Shown: positions 28,433 to 38,494, counted from the first letter of the stretch. The stretch is 64,000 nucleotides of DNA from an uncultured delta proteobacterium (GCA_963737905.1 CAVTUQ010000039.1:82800-146799), one strand, 5' to 3'. Numbers and translations are program-made. Notes: generated by a model not told the origin, from the sequence alone.

Positions 28433-29833
28433 TTACCTCCTAAGTGTTTTTCCGTCCGGCTCGTGGCCAATCAAATGATCCGTCAAGATCGTGATCGACG
28501 GCAGCTGCTCCAGTGTTTTAACCGATTTAACGATTACGTCAAGCTGCCCCTCAGATAACGCCAACCGCGCGTTGGCGCGAAATTTTACCACGATTTCTTC
28601 CGGGGGCAACGGTGATTCAAGCCCACCGCGAGGATGGGGTTGATTCTCCTCCAGCACCGTACCATCCACAAGCTTGATTTTGACGTGGCCAGAGAAATGA
28701 CTCGGATAGTCGATGGTCGGATCGAGCTCGTAACGGACTTTTTTTGCCAAGCTTAGTATTTCGGGATCCCGGATGGCTTCCTCGGTAAACTCCTCCAGTC
28801 CCGCCCGGCCACGAATGAGCATCACGGCGATACTGTAGGGCAAACTGAATTTTGCTCCATAAGAACTCGTCGGTCGCTGCTTGTCGGCGAGGGGCTCCCA
28901 GAGCCGGTGCACCGGACCCTCCGCCGTACGGCATACGATTTCGACGACACGCTCCGGCGCGATGGCATGTTTCTGTCTCAAGTTCAGGGCACAGTCCATA
29001 TAGGGATGGGATATCGATCCGCAGGGATACGATTTAAAAGTTAATTTAGGTATCTCCCAACTAGCGCCGAGTTCGTTGAGTTTTTCGAATGGGTATTCAT
29101 TCGCGCCGCCGAAGGAACGATAAAAGCCGTGCGTACCTTCAAAGACAGTTTTCGGTCCACGAAATCCCTCCTGCGCAAGCAGCGTCGCGATCACTCCCCC
29201 ATGAGCGGACCAGCCGGGATGCAGCCGCTTGGTCCAAGTGCCATCGGCTAGATATTCGATGATCCCCGAGCTTTGACTGCCGCACAATCCGAAGGTATCG
29301 CTCCATTGCGCCGGATCGAGACCATAGAGTTTGCCGGCGGCAGCAGCAGCGCCGAAGGTAGAACAAAGAGCGGTCGGATGAAAGCCGCGCGCATGAAACT
29401 TACCCGGCGCCACGAGACCGATTTTGCACATCACTTCGGTCCCGGCGATGGCCGCTTCCAAGACGGCTTTTCCGCTTGCGCGCAGATCCTCACCCACTGC
29501 CAGCGCCGTCATGCCGGCGCAGCAGCCGGTGTGTACGATCGCTTCTTCCAATGTGTCGTCATAATCGAGACCATGCGCCAGCGTCCCATTGGCCAGGACG
29601 GCATTGGCGGCGGCCACTTTCACCGGCGAGCCGATCAAACGGCTGGAGGTCGGCCCGCCAAGCTTCTGCGCCACATTCACGATCATTCGCCCAAAGTCCA
29701 TCGTCGATGAGGCCAGCGCAATCCCCAGGGTGTCGAGAAACACTAACTTGGCTTTCTCAACGACCTCCTGCGGCACTTCTTCAAGCTTCAATCCACAGAG
29801 GAATCTGGCTATCGCTTGAGAGTACGACTCCAC
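28433..29833 (-). CDS. MmgE/PrpD family protein
   Basis: NGTLAHGLDYDD, RGFHPT, TKRLHPG, FKSYPCG, AKFSLPY. Confidence 0.93.
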   Translation of the reverse strand: MESYSQAIARFLCGLKLEEVPQEVVEKAKLVFLDTLGIALASSTMDFGRMIVNVAQKLGGPTSSRLIGSPVKVAAANAVLANGTLAHGLDYDDTLEEAIVHTGCCAGMTALAVGEDLRASGKAVLEAAIAGTEVMCKIGLVAPGKFHARGFHPTALCSTFGAAAAAGKLYGLDPAQWSDTFGLCGSQSSGIIEYLADGTWTKRLHPGWSAHGGVIATLLAQEGFRGPKTVFEGTHGFYRSFGGANEYPFEKLNELGASWEIPKLTFKSYPCGSISHPYMDCALNLRQKHAIAPERVVEIVCRTAEGPVHRLWEPLADKQRPTSSYGAKFSLPYSIAVMLIRGRAGLEEFTEEAIRDPEILSLAKKVRYELDPTIDYPSHFSGHVKIKLVDGTVLEENQPHPRGGLESPLPPEEIVVKFRANARLALSEGQLDVIVKSVKTLEQLPSITILTDHLIGHEPDGKTLRR

Positions 29834-31263
29834 TTTTTACTCCCTGGTTTCGCAGCTCTGCTTTTCCGCTCACCGTTGTCCTTGCCCCCGGAAAGCGCCC
29901 GCAGCAAAGGCTTGAGACTCCTGACTTCCTCCAACCGGCTAATGAGCTCAATCGCCGCCTCGGCGTTTTTGCGCGGCAACACCAGATCCGCGCAGTCGCG
30001 AAACTTGTCGCCGAGTTCGGCCCAGCTCATGGGTTTTTGCGGGTGTCCCCGCGCAACGTCATAACGGCCTTCGATCATTTTGCCGTTCTTGAGTTTGATG
30101 CGAATTCGCGAGCGCACTTGATCATAACCGAGGGCTTCCAGCTCATCATCGATATAAAGCGTCACCCTCTTCATCAGCTCCACGACTTTTCGCTCACGGA
30201 CCTTGCGATCGACGAACTGGGCGATGCCCGCTTTGCGTTCCAAAACCGCGATCGCCATACAAAAAGGTATGCTGAATTTCCCCTCCAACGCGGTTTTCGG
30301 CATCGGGTAAATCAAAGCATTAGGAACATTGGAATTAGTGCCGACGGCGATGGACTCGATATCATCGGCGTAAAGATCATGCTCCCTTACCAGGTCAAGG
30401 ATAAGATCCTGCGCCGGATGAGACAGAGAGCCCGAGGGATAAGGTTTGATGGAAATGCCGGGTTCCAGCATGAAATAGGGTCGCCCCAAACGGCCGGCAA
30501 TCTTGCTCTCATCGTAGCCACCGGCCATGGCGTGATAAAAACCCCGCCGCGCTTCCAGGATATTCGTCGCCGCCGTGAATCCCGCCTGGGCTAGTAGCGC
30601 TGCAGTCACACCGTTTTCCGCCGCTCGCCCGGCATGCAACGGCTTGGTCATCGTGCCGAAATTTTCGCGCAACCCGGATGCCATACTGGCGGCGATACCC
30701 AGAGTCCGAATCAACGCCTCTTCTTTGAGGCGAAGAATTTTTGCCACCGCCATCGCCGCGCCGAGCCCGCCTATAGTCGCGGTCGAGTGAAAACCCGATT
30801 GATAATGATGCGGATTGATAGCATCCGCGATCCGACACTCAACCTCCACCCCGATGATGTAAGCCAGTAAAAACTCTTCGCCGCTGATCTTCTCCTTTTC
30901 ACCGATGGCTAAAGCGGCGTTAAGAACCGGCGTCGTCGGATGAGTCAATAAACCGTAAACTGCGTCCCTGGACGTTGAAAGCTGCGTGTCGTCGTAATCC
31001 ATGGCATGGCCCGCAACACCGTTGATCAAAGCAGCCTTCGGTGCCGATACTTTGAGTCCAGTTCCCAAAACCGTGGATTCTTCTTTTCCGCCCATCTGGC
31101 GCACGTGGTTCAGCACGATGCGCGATCCCTCTTCTGTGACGCCGGCGAGCGCTACCCCGAATCCATCCAAGACAAAACCACGCGCCGCACGAATAATCTC
31201 CGGGGGGATATCCCGGTAGCGCGTCTTGGCGACATAATGCGCCACTTCCTGCGTCAATCCCAT
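29809..31263 (-). CDS. MmgE/PrpD family protein
   Basis: NGVAGHAMDYDD, GFHST, TKPLHAG, IKPYPS, GKFSIPF. ATG at 31263 after an AGGGAG RBS. Confidence 0.93.
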   Translation of the reverse strand: MGLTQEVAHYVAKTRYRDIPPEIIRAARGFVLDGFGVALAGVTEEGSRIVLNHVRQMGGKEESTVLGTGLKVSAPKAALINGVAGHAMDYDDTQLSTSRDAVYGLLTHPTTPVLNAALAIGEKEKISGEEFLLAYIIGVEVECRIADAINPHHYQSGFHSTATIGGLGAAMAVAKILRLKEEALIRTLGIAASMASGLRENFGTMTKPLHAGRAAENGVTAALLAQAGFTAATNILEARRGFYHAMAGGYDESKIAGRLGRPYFMLEPGISIKPYPSGSLSHPAQDLILDLVREHDLYADDIESIAVGTNSNVPNALIYPMPKTALEGKFSIPFCMAIAVLERKAGIAQFVDRKVRERKVVELMKRVTLYIDDELEALGYDQVRSRIRIKLKNGKMIEGRYDVARGHPQKPMSWAELGDKFRDCADLVLPRKNAEAAIELISRLEEVRSLKPLLRALSGGKDNGERKSRAAKPGSKKWSRTLKR

Positions 31264-31336
31264 TGCGCTCCCTTCACTCACTCCCATCGACTGGTGACCC
31301 CATAGCATGAACAATAGTAAGTGTCGAACCCCAGAC

Positions 31337-31407
31337 AAGTTCAAGTTCCAGGTTCAAAGTTCAAAGAAAAACTCGTCTCATCTACCTTGAACGTTGGACT
31401 TTGCAGC
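31337..31407. repeat. Imperfect 7-bp tandem units (aGTTCAA) followed by complementary units (TTGAAC-like)
   Basis: aagttcaagttccaggttcaaagttcaaag ... ccttgaacgttggactttgcagc, in a divergent intergenic region. Confidence 0.6.
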
Positions 31408-31425
31408 TCGAGGCACCGACAAAGG

Positions 31426-31445
31426 TTGACACCTCGTGCGTGTCA
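31426..31445 (+). promoter_or_regulatory. -35 box overlapped by an inverted repeat (operator candidate)
   Basis: TTGACA at 31426, within TGACAC-N7-GTGTCA, upstream of the hydrolase at 31504. Confidence 0.35.
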
Positions 31446-31503
31446 GATCATATGTTCGATTGAGACGACGTCCATCGCCGCTACCCATCTGAAGGAGTTT
31501 GAC

Positions 31504-32769
31504 ATGAGCCAAGATGCCAGTAACCGCTATGTTGCCGCTCTAACTACGGGCAAAGGCCTGCGCAATGAATTCATCTATTCGATGACCTTTGATGACTACA
31601 AGGCCTTTCCTGATCCGTTTCCACGCACGACTTTTACCGTGCGCGAAGTCGAAGCACGGATCGCGCGCTATCCGAATCCGGCAAAGTTTGGAGAATTATT
31701 TCAATGGGATATTCACGGCAGGCTTCTCGCACCGGCAAAGCCATCGATCCCGGGGATCGCCGTCGTCATGATCCACGGCGGCGCCGTGAATGAATATGAA
31801 TTCATCTTCACACCGGACGGGCCAGAAACGTATCTCGATCTAACCCAAGTGCCTCCGACGGAATCCCGCGCCGGCGTCGCGCAGCATATGGCATCGCTTG
31901 GGATTCCCGTGCTCGCGGTCTCGCTCCCCGGACATTACAGCCGGAAGCCGTGGCCGCCCATTCCAGAACGCAGACCGGAGTTCATCATCGGAGAGATTCC
32001 CGGAGACGAAGAATTGAAGAACCGGCTTGCAGTTTACACGTTTCGCATGTGCATCGAGGCGATCAAAGTTTTGATCGAAAAGAGCTTGCCCGATCACAAA
32101 CTCTTCTGTTGGGGCCACTCCACCGGCGGAGAATACTTTTACTTACTCGAGCAGTACGGCCTCAAAAATAACCTGATCGGCGGTTTGGGATTCGGCACCG
32201 GCATGCCGGCATGGATACGTAAAGAATGGGATCTGGCCTGCGCCAAAAAATCTCCCGAGGAGCGGGCCAAGCCGTTTCGTAGCCTCACCGACCTGAGCCG
32301 CCGGTCGCCCGACGGATACGTGAAAAGCGGCTATGTTGGACCGAACCAACCCTGGGGCAGCGCCGAGCGCTGGTTCGAATTGGAAAATCACCGCCGTCCG
32401 CAATTTAAACCTTACTTGCAAGATATCGAGCACAGCGCCCATGATGTTTTGCTGCCGGAGATCCGTGAGATCTCGGGCCTGCCCGATGACGAGCTTTTCG
32501 TTACCTACAAGGCGGATCTTGATCGCTTGCGCGGCAAAAAAATGCTCCACATCGTCGGTGAACTGGACAAGGGCCACTGGATCGAAGGCGGCGAGCAAGG
32601 ACTCGAGTTTCGTCGCGAGGTCTATGCCTTTAAACGTTTTGCACCCTATGCCGAAGACTTGCGACTGATCGTCGTCCCCAATCTCACCCACTACGGCCAC
32701 GTCGAGAGTTACAATGAGCGATTAGCAAACTTGATGGTGACAGGTTTCAGGGACTATTTCCCGCAATAG
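31504..32769 (+). CDS. Alpha/beta-hydrolase fold protein
   Basis: MIHGG, nucleophile elbow WGHSTGG, GELD, late His (LTHYGH). AAGGAG RBS before ATG 31504. Confidence 0.8.
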   Translation: MSQDASNRYVAALTTGKGLRNEFIYSMTFDDYKAFPDPFPRTTFTVREVEARIARYPNPAKFGELFQWDIHGRLLAPAKPSIPGIAVVMIHGGAVNEYEFIFTPDGPETYLDLTQVPPTESRAGVAQHMASLGIPVLAVSLPGHYSRKPWPPIPERRPEFIIGEIPGDEELKNRLAVYTFRMCIEAIKVLIEKSLPDHKLFCWGHSTGGEYFYLLEQYGLKNNLIGGLGFGTGMPAWIRKEWDLACAKKSPEERAKPFRSLTDLSRRSPDGYVKSGYVGPNQPWGSAERWFELENHRRPQFKPYLQDIEHSAHDVLLPEIREISGLPDDELFVTYKADLDRLRGKKMLHIVGELDKGHWIEGGEQGLEFRREVYAFKRFAPYAEDLRLIVVPNLTHYGHVESYNERLANLMVTGFRDYFPQ

Positions 32770-32856
32770 TCTGCCGAGTTACCGCCTCCGACGACCCTTC
32801 TGCTGAACAACATTTACTTGACAGGAAGGGTAATCTAACTTAGAAATTGCTATCGA

Positions 32857-33888
32857 ATGCCAAAATATAGCCAATGGAATCTAAGCATTATCTTTAAGAG
32901 CCTCTCTGTTCCAAAGTGGCTGCTTGCCGCGATCATTTTTTTCATCTCAAGCAGCGCCGGCGCCGAGCCGCTTAGAATCGCCTACACGTCCATCGCCGTT
33001 GTCTACGGTCCCCTCTGGGTCACGCAAGACGCCGACATTTTTAAGAAATACAACATCGACCCCGAACTTCTGTATATCGCTGGCGGTCCACCGTCTTTAC
33101 AGGCTTTGATCGCCGGGGACGTTGCGATTGCGTTTACCGCCGGCGGTGCGACAGTAGCTGCCAATCTTTCCGGTTCGGATGTCGTACTTCTCGGTGCCAG
33201 CATCGACTCCCTTCCCTTCGAGCTCTGGTCCGTTCCCAGCATCAAAGATCCGGAAAAATTGAGAGGAACAAGACTGGGAGTTAGCCGGATCGGCGCAACA
33301 ACGGATTTCATCGCGCGCTATCTACTCAAGAAATGGAGGCTGCAGCCCGACAAAGACGTGGCAATTTTTCAAGCGGGAGCCGGACCGCAAATATTCGCGG
33401 CGTTGAAGGGCGGTTCTGTCCAAAGCGGCGTGCTATCCACGGGACCTGAAACATTGCGTGCGGAAGCAGACGGATACTTCAGGCTCGCCGATGTTGCTAC
33501 GTCAGGCCTGGTTTATCCTTTCGGACCCTTTGCCGCCCGTCAGGCTTTTCTCAAAAGCCACTCCGATCTGGTAACCCGGTTTATGAAAGCTTACGTCGAA
33601 GGCATCCATCGCTTCAAAACGGATAAGGTCTTCGCCCTCGCCACCCTTGAAAAACACATGAAGCAAAAAGTCACCCCGGCCGCGGAACGGATCTATGAAA
33701 TCTACGCGACAAAATATTTCAAGCGGGCTCCCGAAGCGACACCGGCCGCAATCCAGACGATTTTAGAAGAGATTGCGGCGACCCGTCCTCTACCCCCCGG
33801 CATCACGCCCCAGCGCTTCGCAGAGTCGCGTTTCATTCGTGAATTGGTATCCAGTGGCTTTGTCGACAACCTTTACAAAAGCCACTAG
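32857..33888 (+). CDS. ABC substrate-binding protein, NitT/TauT/SsuA family
   Basis: Signal region, LRIAYTS, QALIAGD, LRGTRLGVSRIGA. Confidence 0.9.
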   Translation: MPKYSQWNLSIIFKSLSVPKWLLAAIIFFISSSAGAEPLRIAYTSIAVVYGPLWVTQDADIFKKYNIDPELLYIAGGPPSLQALIAGDVAIAFTAGGATVAANLSGSDVVLLGASIDSLPFELWSVPSIKDPEKLRGTRLGVSRIGATTDFIARYLLKKWRLQPDKDVAIFQAGAGPQIFAALKGGSVQSGVLSTGPETLRAEADGYFRLADVATSGLVYPFGPFAARQAFLKSHSDLVTRFMKAYVEGIHRFKTDKVFALATLEKHMKQKVTPAAERIYEIYATKYFKRAPEATPAAIQTILEEIAATRPLPPGITPQRFAESRFIRELVSSGFVDNLYKSH

Positions 33889-33924
33889 TTTTAAACGCCT
33901 CACATTTAGCGGGAGAAAGAAGCC

Positions 33925-34549
33925 ATGGCAAAAATCAGCGACATCCACGTACCCTACAACACCGGCTGGGCCGGGGAACTGAAAAAGGGCCAAGTCCTAC
34001 GCATCACCGCGACTACGACAGTGGACTTTGTCTTTTTCCGCCTGCAAAATTTGCGCGAGCGCTTCGATCAGGCGCGGACCAAGGTTTACAACATGAAGTT
34101 GTTTATCAGCACCGGAGACAAGGTCATGGGTCGTAACAACCAACACATGATGACGATCCTTGCCGACGGATTTGAACAAGGCACACACGATTTACAGAAG
34201 GGCATGTGCAGCGGCTATCGATTCCAACTCGCAAAGCAGGAAGGCCGTCTCGGGGAATACTATCCAAGGCAGATCGCTGAAATTCCCGACCATGGCTGCT
34301 ACGAGAATCTATCCAAGGCATTGGCCCCCTATGGGATCATCCCTGAAGATATTCCAAGTCCTTTCAATCTCAATCAGCATATGAAAATCGACGGCGTTAC
34401 CGGGCGCATGGAGCATACCCAAGTGCGCCCCCAGCCAGGTAACTTCATGGATCTCCGTGCGGAAATGGATTTGCTGGTCGCTCTCAGCGCATGTCCCGAT
34501 CTCGCGGTCGGCGGGAAAGCCCGTCGACGTTTCAATTTACCAGCCCTAG
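33925..34549 (+). CDS. DUF1989 (urea-carboxylase-associated family) protein; 1-bp frameshift near the 3' end
   Basis: LKKGQVLRI, VDFV, HDLQKGMCS, DHGCYENL, LRAEMDLLVALSACP. Removing one base at ~34516 gives the natural end GKPVDVSIYQP* (TAG 34547-34549). Confidence 0.82.
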
Positions 34550-34584
34550 ACCCGAAACGCTTATCCTCAAAGGAGAAGAGAACT

Positions 34585-35151
34585 ATTGCTTCCATCGTTA
34601 TAGTGGCAATGCCTTACGGCTCCCTGAGCGCGCAGACACTTTCGCAGGTTTCACGCATCGGTTTAGAAAAGGCGGCAGACTGGTGGCAGAAATCGATGCA
34701 AACCTCCAAGCACAAGACCTACTTCGTGCTGGCGGGATACGATAACGATGCCGGACAGGAACTCCAACTGCGCAAGGAAGCGTTGCATAAAATGCTCGAC
34801 GGCCAGGAGCCAGAGTTGCTGAGTAATATTATTGAAATCAGCGCAAACAATGAGGTGGGCCTGGCGCAAAAGATCTCTCGTGTCAGAGATCTGCTGCCCA
34901 TCGAGACCATTACCGTGTTTGTTGAATCGCGCAATGCGGTCAGCGTAAAGTCAATCTTCAAGAGAAAATTCGGCAAGACCCTGCAGATCAGAAAGTTCAA
35001 GGCGGACTTTGAATTCGATCACCAGTGGATCAGCACATCAACATCTTTCGCCTGGTTTTCGCGGAACTGGCTCCTGCGCGTTTGGTTCGAGCTGAAAAAG
35101 CGGCTGGGCCGCAGTATCCGAAAGAAAATTAGATACCTGTTTCGGTCGTAG
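34585..35151 (+). CDS. Hypothetical protein, remote DUF218/YdcF-like pattern
   Basis: 3' part of track ORF 33925-35151. RBS AAGGAG is followed by in-frame ATT at 34585 (alternatives GTG/ATG a few codons later). Confidence 0.55.
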   Translation: MASIVIVAMPYGSLSAQTLSQVSRIGLEKAADWWQKSMQTSKHKTYFVLAGYDNDAGQELQLRKEALHKMLDGQEPELLSNIIEISANNEVGLAQKISRVRDLLPIETITVFVESRNAVSVKSIFKRKFGKTLQIRKFKADFEFDHQWISTSTSFAWFSRNWLLRVWFELKKRLGRSIRKKIRYLFRS

Positions 35152-35162
35152 CGAAAACCAGC

Positions 35163-35206
35163 GGAGTGTTGGAGTATTGCGAAACCCAACACTCCATTCA
35201 CTCCAT
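35163..35206. repeat. Short inverted 8-mer repeat element (GGAGTRTT / ACTCCATT)
   Basis: ggagtgtt ggagtatt gcgaaaccc aacactcc attcactcc att; hairpin-forming and intergenic. Confidence 0.6.
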
Positions 35207-35280
35207 TCTCGCTTGTAGGTTGCCTGCCGTAGTCGAAAGATAGTATATGCAAACTAGCCTAAAGCTTTCGGAGGTGCGCT

Positions 35281-36504
35281 ATGTCTGTCTCGCCTGAAAA
35301 ATTCAACGTCGGCGGGATTCTTCTCAACCAGCCCTTCAAAATTCGCCGTCTCGGCCACTTCGGCTTCAATCTCGTGAATATGGATGAAGGGGTTCGCTTT
35401 TATATCGATTGGCTGGGGTTTCGCGTGTCCGATGTAATGGATTACTCGAGACGAGCCAAAAGTCCCGATCAGGTCGCCGGCCTGGGAGATCCCAATGGCT
35501 ACTTCACCCGCTACGGAACCGACCACCATGCGATGGTCCTGTTCCCCAAGCGCGTCCGCGACGCGCTCGGCCGAAGTGAAAAGCCTGGAATCACCGTCAA
35601 TCAGATCACCTGGCAAGTGGGCAGTTTGCGAGAGGTCGGTGATGGGATCAAATGGTTCCAGGAGAAAAACATCAAGATTCAGCGGTCGGGCCGCGACATG
35701 CCCGGATCGAACTGGCACACTTACCTTTTCGATCCGGACGGTCACCAGAATGAGCTTTATTATGGCATCGAGCAAATCGGCTGGAATGGCCACAGCAAGC
35801 CGAGAATAATGTATGACCGCGGTTTCGACCATCCGCCGGAGCTGCCGCAGATTTCCGAACAGCAAGAGGTTCAAGATGCGCTGGCAAAGAATGTCGACTT
35901 GCTTTCGGGTTATCGCTCTGTGGAGAAGTTGGCCGCGATCTTTGAAGTTGACGGTATTTCACTGCCGCGCCCTTTCAAAATCGTGCGCCTCGGCCCCGTT
36001 TATCTTTTTGTTGAGAATCCCCAAGCTGCTGAATCCTTCTACCGTGAAATTTTGGGCTTTACTTTGACCGAGGAGATTGTCTTCAAAGGATATCGCTGTG
36101 TTTTTCTTCGTTGTAACACGGAACATCACTCGCTGGCGCTTTTCCCACTGGCGCTCCGGGAAGTCCTCGGTCTCAGCTCCCACTCCAAATGCGCTGCCTT
36201 TGGATTGCAGCTGGCTAACTACCACCAACTTCGCGACGCCGTGAAATTTCTCCGCGACCACGATGTGAAAGTCACCGAAATAATTCCTCCCGAGCTTCAT
36301 CCCGGCATCGACTATGCGGCTCAGGTCTTCGACCCGGACGGCCATTGCATTCAGCTTTACCATGCGATGGAGCAGATCGGGTGGGACGGAAAGCCAAGAG
36401 CGAAAGAGTCGCGAAGGCCGCGTCCCCTCAGCCAGTGGCCGGAGGTCTTGGAAGCGGACGCCAACGCTTATCTAGGCGAGCCTTTCCTGGGACCGTGGGG
36501 ATAA
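35281..36504 (+). CDS. VOC family protein (two-domain glyoxalase/extradiol dioxygenase-like)
   Basis: Internal duplication: PFKIRRLGH / PFKIVRLGP, DHHAMVLFP / EHHSLALFP, FDPDGHQNELYYGIEQIGWNG / FDPDGHCIQLYHAMEQIGWDG. Confidence 0.9.
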   Translation: MSVSPEKFNVGGILLNQPFKIRRLGHFGFNLVNMDEGVRFYIDWLGFRVSDVMDYSRRAKSPDQVAGLGDPNGYFTRYGTDHHAMVLFPKRVRDALGRSEKPGITVNQITWQVGSLREVGDGIKWFQEKNIKIQRSGRDMPGSNWHTYLFDPDGHQNELYYGIEQIGWNGHSKPRIMYDRGFDHPPELPQISEQQEVQDALAKNVDLLSGYRSVEKLAAIFEVDGISLPRPFKIVRLGPVYLFVENPQAAESFYREILGFTLTEEIVFKGYRCVFLRCNTEHHSLALFPLALREVLGLSSHSKCAAFGLQLANYHQLRDAVKFLRDHDVKVTEIIPPELHPGIDYAAQVFDPDGHCIQLYHAMEQIGWDGKPRAKESRRPRPLSQWPEVLEADANAYLGEPFLGPWG

Positions 36505-36510
36505 ACAGCG

Positions 36511-37590
36511 ATGGGATGGTCTACGGCGATGGTCAGGCCGCGATCCGGTTCCTGCGCGATTTTCTTACTCGTAGCGGGTTGCTTGTTATTATCAACCGAA
36601 ACTGCGACGGCCAATCCTTACCTTCCCAAGCCGGGTGAGCCGCCAATCGCAGCGCGCGTCGGCACCTGCGCGATCACCGGCGGCTTCATCCACCTTTACA
36701 GCGCGTTATACAACGGGCTGTTTGGCAAATACGGCATCAAAGTAGAGCACATTTCACTGCGTGGAGGAGTGGTGAGTATGGCGGCCCTGTCCGCAGACGA
36801 AATACAGTTTGTCTACTGCTCCGCCGATCCCATGATTCCCCGCATCGCCGCCGGCGCCGAAGCGAAGCTCGTGGGATCGCCCCTTGTGGGGCTCCCGTGG
36901 GTGCTGATGGCACGCCAGGACATCAAAAAGCCCATGGATCTGAAAGGCAAAAGCATCGCTGTGTCGCGTCCCGGAGGTCTCACCGACCAACTGGCGAAAG
37001 CGGTGCTAAAAAAATTCAACCTGACGACTCAGGAAGTAAAACTGCTGCACATCGGCGGCACGGGACAACTGGAGCCTTACAACGCGCTACTGCAAGGCTT
37101 GGCGCAGGCGGTGATGCTGACGCCCCCGCTCGACGTGCGCGCTCGCCGCGACGGCTACCATCTGATCTTCAATCTCAACGACCTCGGTGTACCCGCTATT
37201 TATAGTTCCGTTTTCACAAACCTCAAAAGCTTGAAGGACAGGCCGGTTCTGATCCAGAGGTTTGTGGCAGGGATCGCCGACTCCATCCACTTCGTGGAGA
37301 AAAATCCGGAAAAAGGCCGCGCCGCCCTGGCGAAAGTTCTCAATCTCAGCGACCCTGAAGTTCTCCAGTCCGCCTACGACGCCTACGCCAAATCGCTCGT
37401 CAACCGTCGTCTGGTAGTGCCTGGCAATGCCGTGACGGAGGCTGTGGAGCTGGCGCGCGCGGACGGCACTCAAATAAGAAAGAAACCCCAGGAGATCTTT
37501 GATAATAGTTTTGCCGAGCAATTGGACAGCAGCGGTTTTCTGAAAGAGTTATGGGGCAGCGAACTTCAACCAAAAGAAAAAAGAAAGTAA
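36511..37590 (+). CDS. ABC substrate-binding protein, NitT/TauT family
   Basis: Signal peptide, DLKGKSIAVSRPG, IFDNSF. Confidence 0.88.
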   Translation: MGWSTAMVRPRSGSCAIFLLVAGCLLLSTETATANPYLPKPGEPPIAARVGTCAITGGFIHLYSALYNGLFGKYGIKVEHISLRGGVVSMAALSADEIQFVYCSADPMIPRIAAGAEAKLVGSPLVGLPWVLMARQDIKKPMDLKGKSIAVSRPGGLTDQLAKAVLKKFNLTTQEVKLLHIGGTGQLEPYNALLQGLAQAVMLTPPLDVRARRDGYHLIFNLNDLGVPAIYSSVFTNLKSLKDRPVLIQRFVAGIADSIHFVEKNPEKGRAALAKVLNLSDPEVLQSAYDAYAKSLVNRRLVVPGNAVTEAVELARADGTQIRKKPQEIFDNSFAEQLDSSGFLKELWGSELQPKEKRK

Positions 37591-37603
37591 GGAGCCCAAA
37601 CCC

Positions 37604-38482
37604 ATGGAAGAAAAAGTTGCCTTTCAGTCAGACGGATTAAAATTGGCCGGCATCGTGCGCACGCCCGAAAACGGCCGCGCGGGTGAGCGGAGGCCCGCGT
37701 TTATCGCGTTGCATGGCTTCGGCGGTAACAAAGACGGCCACGGGCAGACCGTTGTGGCGAACCAGTTTACGCAATGGGGCTATGTAACGATGCGCATCGA
37801 TTTCAGAGGATGCGGCGAAAGCGAAGGCGAGCGCGGGCGAATCATCTGTCTCGATCAGGTGGCCGATACGCGCAATGCACTGACCTACCTCGCCGGGCGC
37901 CCGGAAGTGGACCCCGAGCGCATCGGGCTAGTGGGCAGCAGCTTCGGCGCGGCCGTTGCCGTATTCACGGGCGGAGCGGACCGGCGAGTAGCGGCTGTGA
38001 TCTCGTGTGGCGGTTGGGGAGACGGCGAGCGCAAGTTCCGCGGCCAGCACCCGACACCGGAGGCTTGGGCTCGCTTCGCCAACATGCTGGAAGAGGGGAA
38101 GCGTCATCGCGAGCGCACCGGCAAGTCTTTGATGGTTCCGCGCTTCGACATCGTGCCGATCCCCGAGCACTTGCGTCGCAACATGAGCGCAGGGTCTATT
38201 ATGGAGTTTCCTGCCGAGACGGCGCAGAGCATGAACGATTTTCGCGCCGACGATCAGGTGGGCAACATCTCGCCTCGACCGCTCTTGCTTCTCCACAGCG
38301 CCAACGACTCGGTCACTCCCACTTACGAATCCATCGAAATGTTCAAGCGGGCCAAACAGCCGGCGGAACTGCACTTGCTGTCGGACGTCGACCACTTCAC
38401 GTTCAACGAAGAAAACCAGCGTTTGACCCACATCGTCTCCAACTGGCTGGAGCGCTACTTCCCCGTGCAAAAACCACGGTGA
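37604..38482 (+). CDS. Alpha/beta hydrolase
   Basis: LHGFGG, DFRGCGESEG, GSSFG nucleophile, HSANDSVT, VDHF. Confidence 0.92.
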   Translation: MEEKVAFQSDGLKLAGIVRTPENGRAGERRPAFIALHGFGGNKDGHGQTVVANQFTQWGYVTMRIDFRGCGESEGERGRIICLDQVADTRNALTYLAGRPEVDPERIGLVGSSFGAAVAVFTGGADRRVAAVISCGGWGDGERKFRGQHPTPEAWARFANMLEEGKRHRERTGKSLMVPRFDIVPIPEHLRRNMSAGSIMEFPAETAQSMNDFRADDQVGNISPRPLLLLHSANDSVTPTYESIEMFKRAKQPAELHLLSDVDHFTFNEENQRLTHIVSNWLERYFPVQKPR

Positions 38483-38494
38483 AAACTGCATCTT

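Noticed and set aside
31264-31503. N-terminal extensions of the track ORFs 29809-31344 and 31321-32769
   Set aside because: They overlap each other and run through repeat and promoter DNA. RBS-supported ATGs at 31263 and 31504 fit better.
33889-33924. Guanidine riboswitch upstream of DUF1989 genes
   Set aside because: The gaps before both intact copies are short (36 and ~87 nt), and I saw no ykkC or paired ACGR-loop hairpin motif there or before the relic copy.
33925-35151. 408-aa ORF as a novel DUF1989 fusion protein
   Set aside because: Removing one base at ~34516 restores a normal DUF1989 C-terminus and stop, matching the paralog's length, and the second half has its own RBS. The fusion is most likely an artefact.
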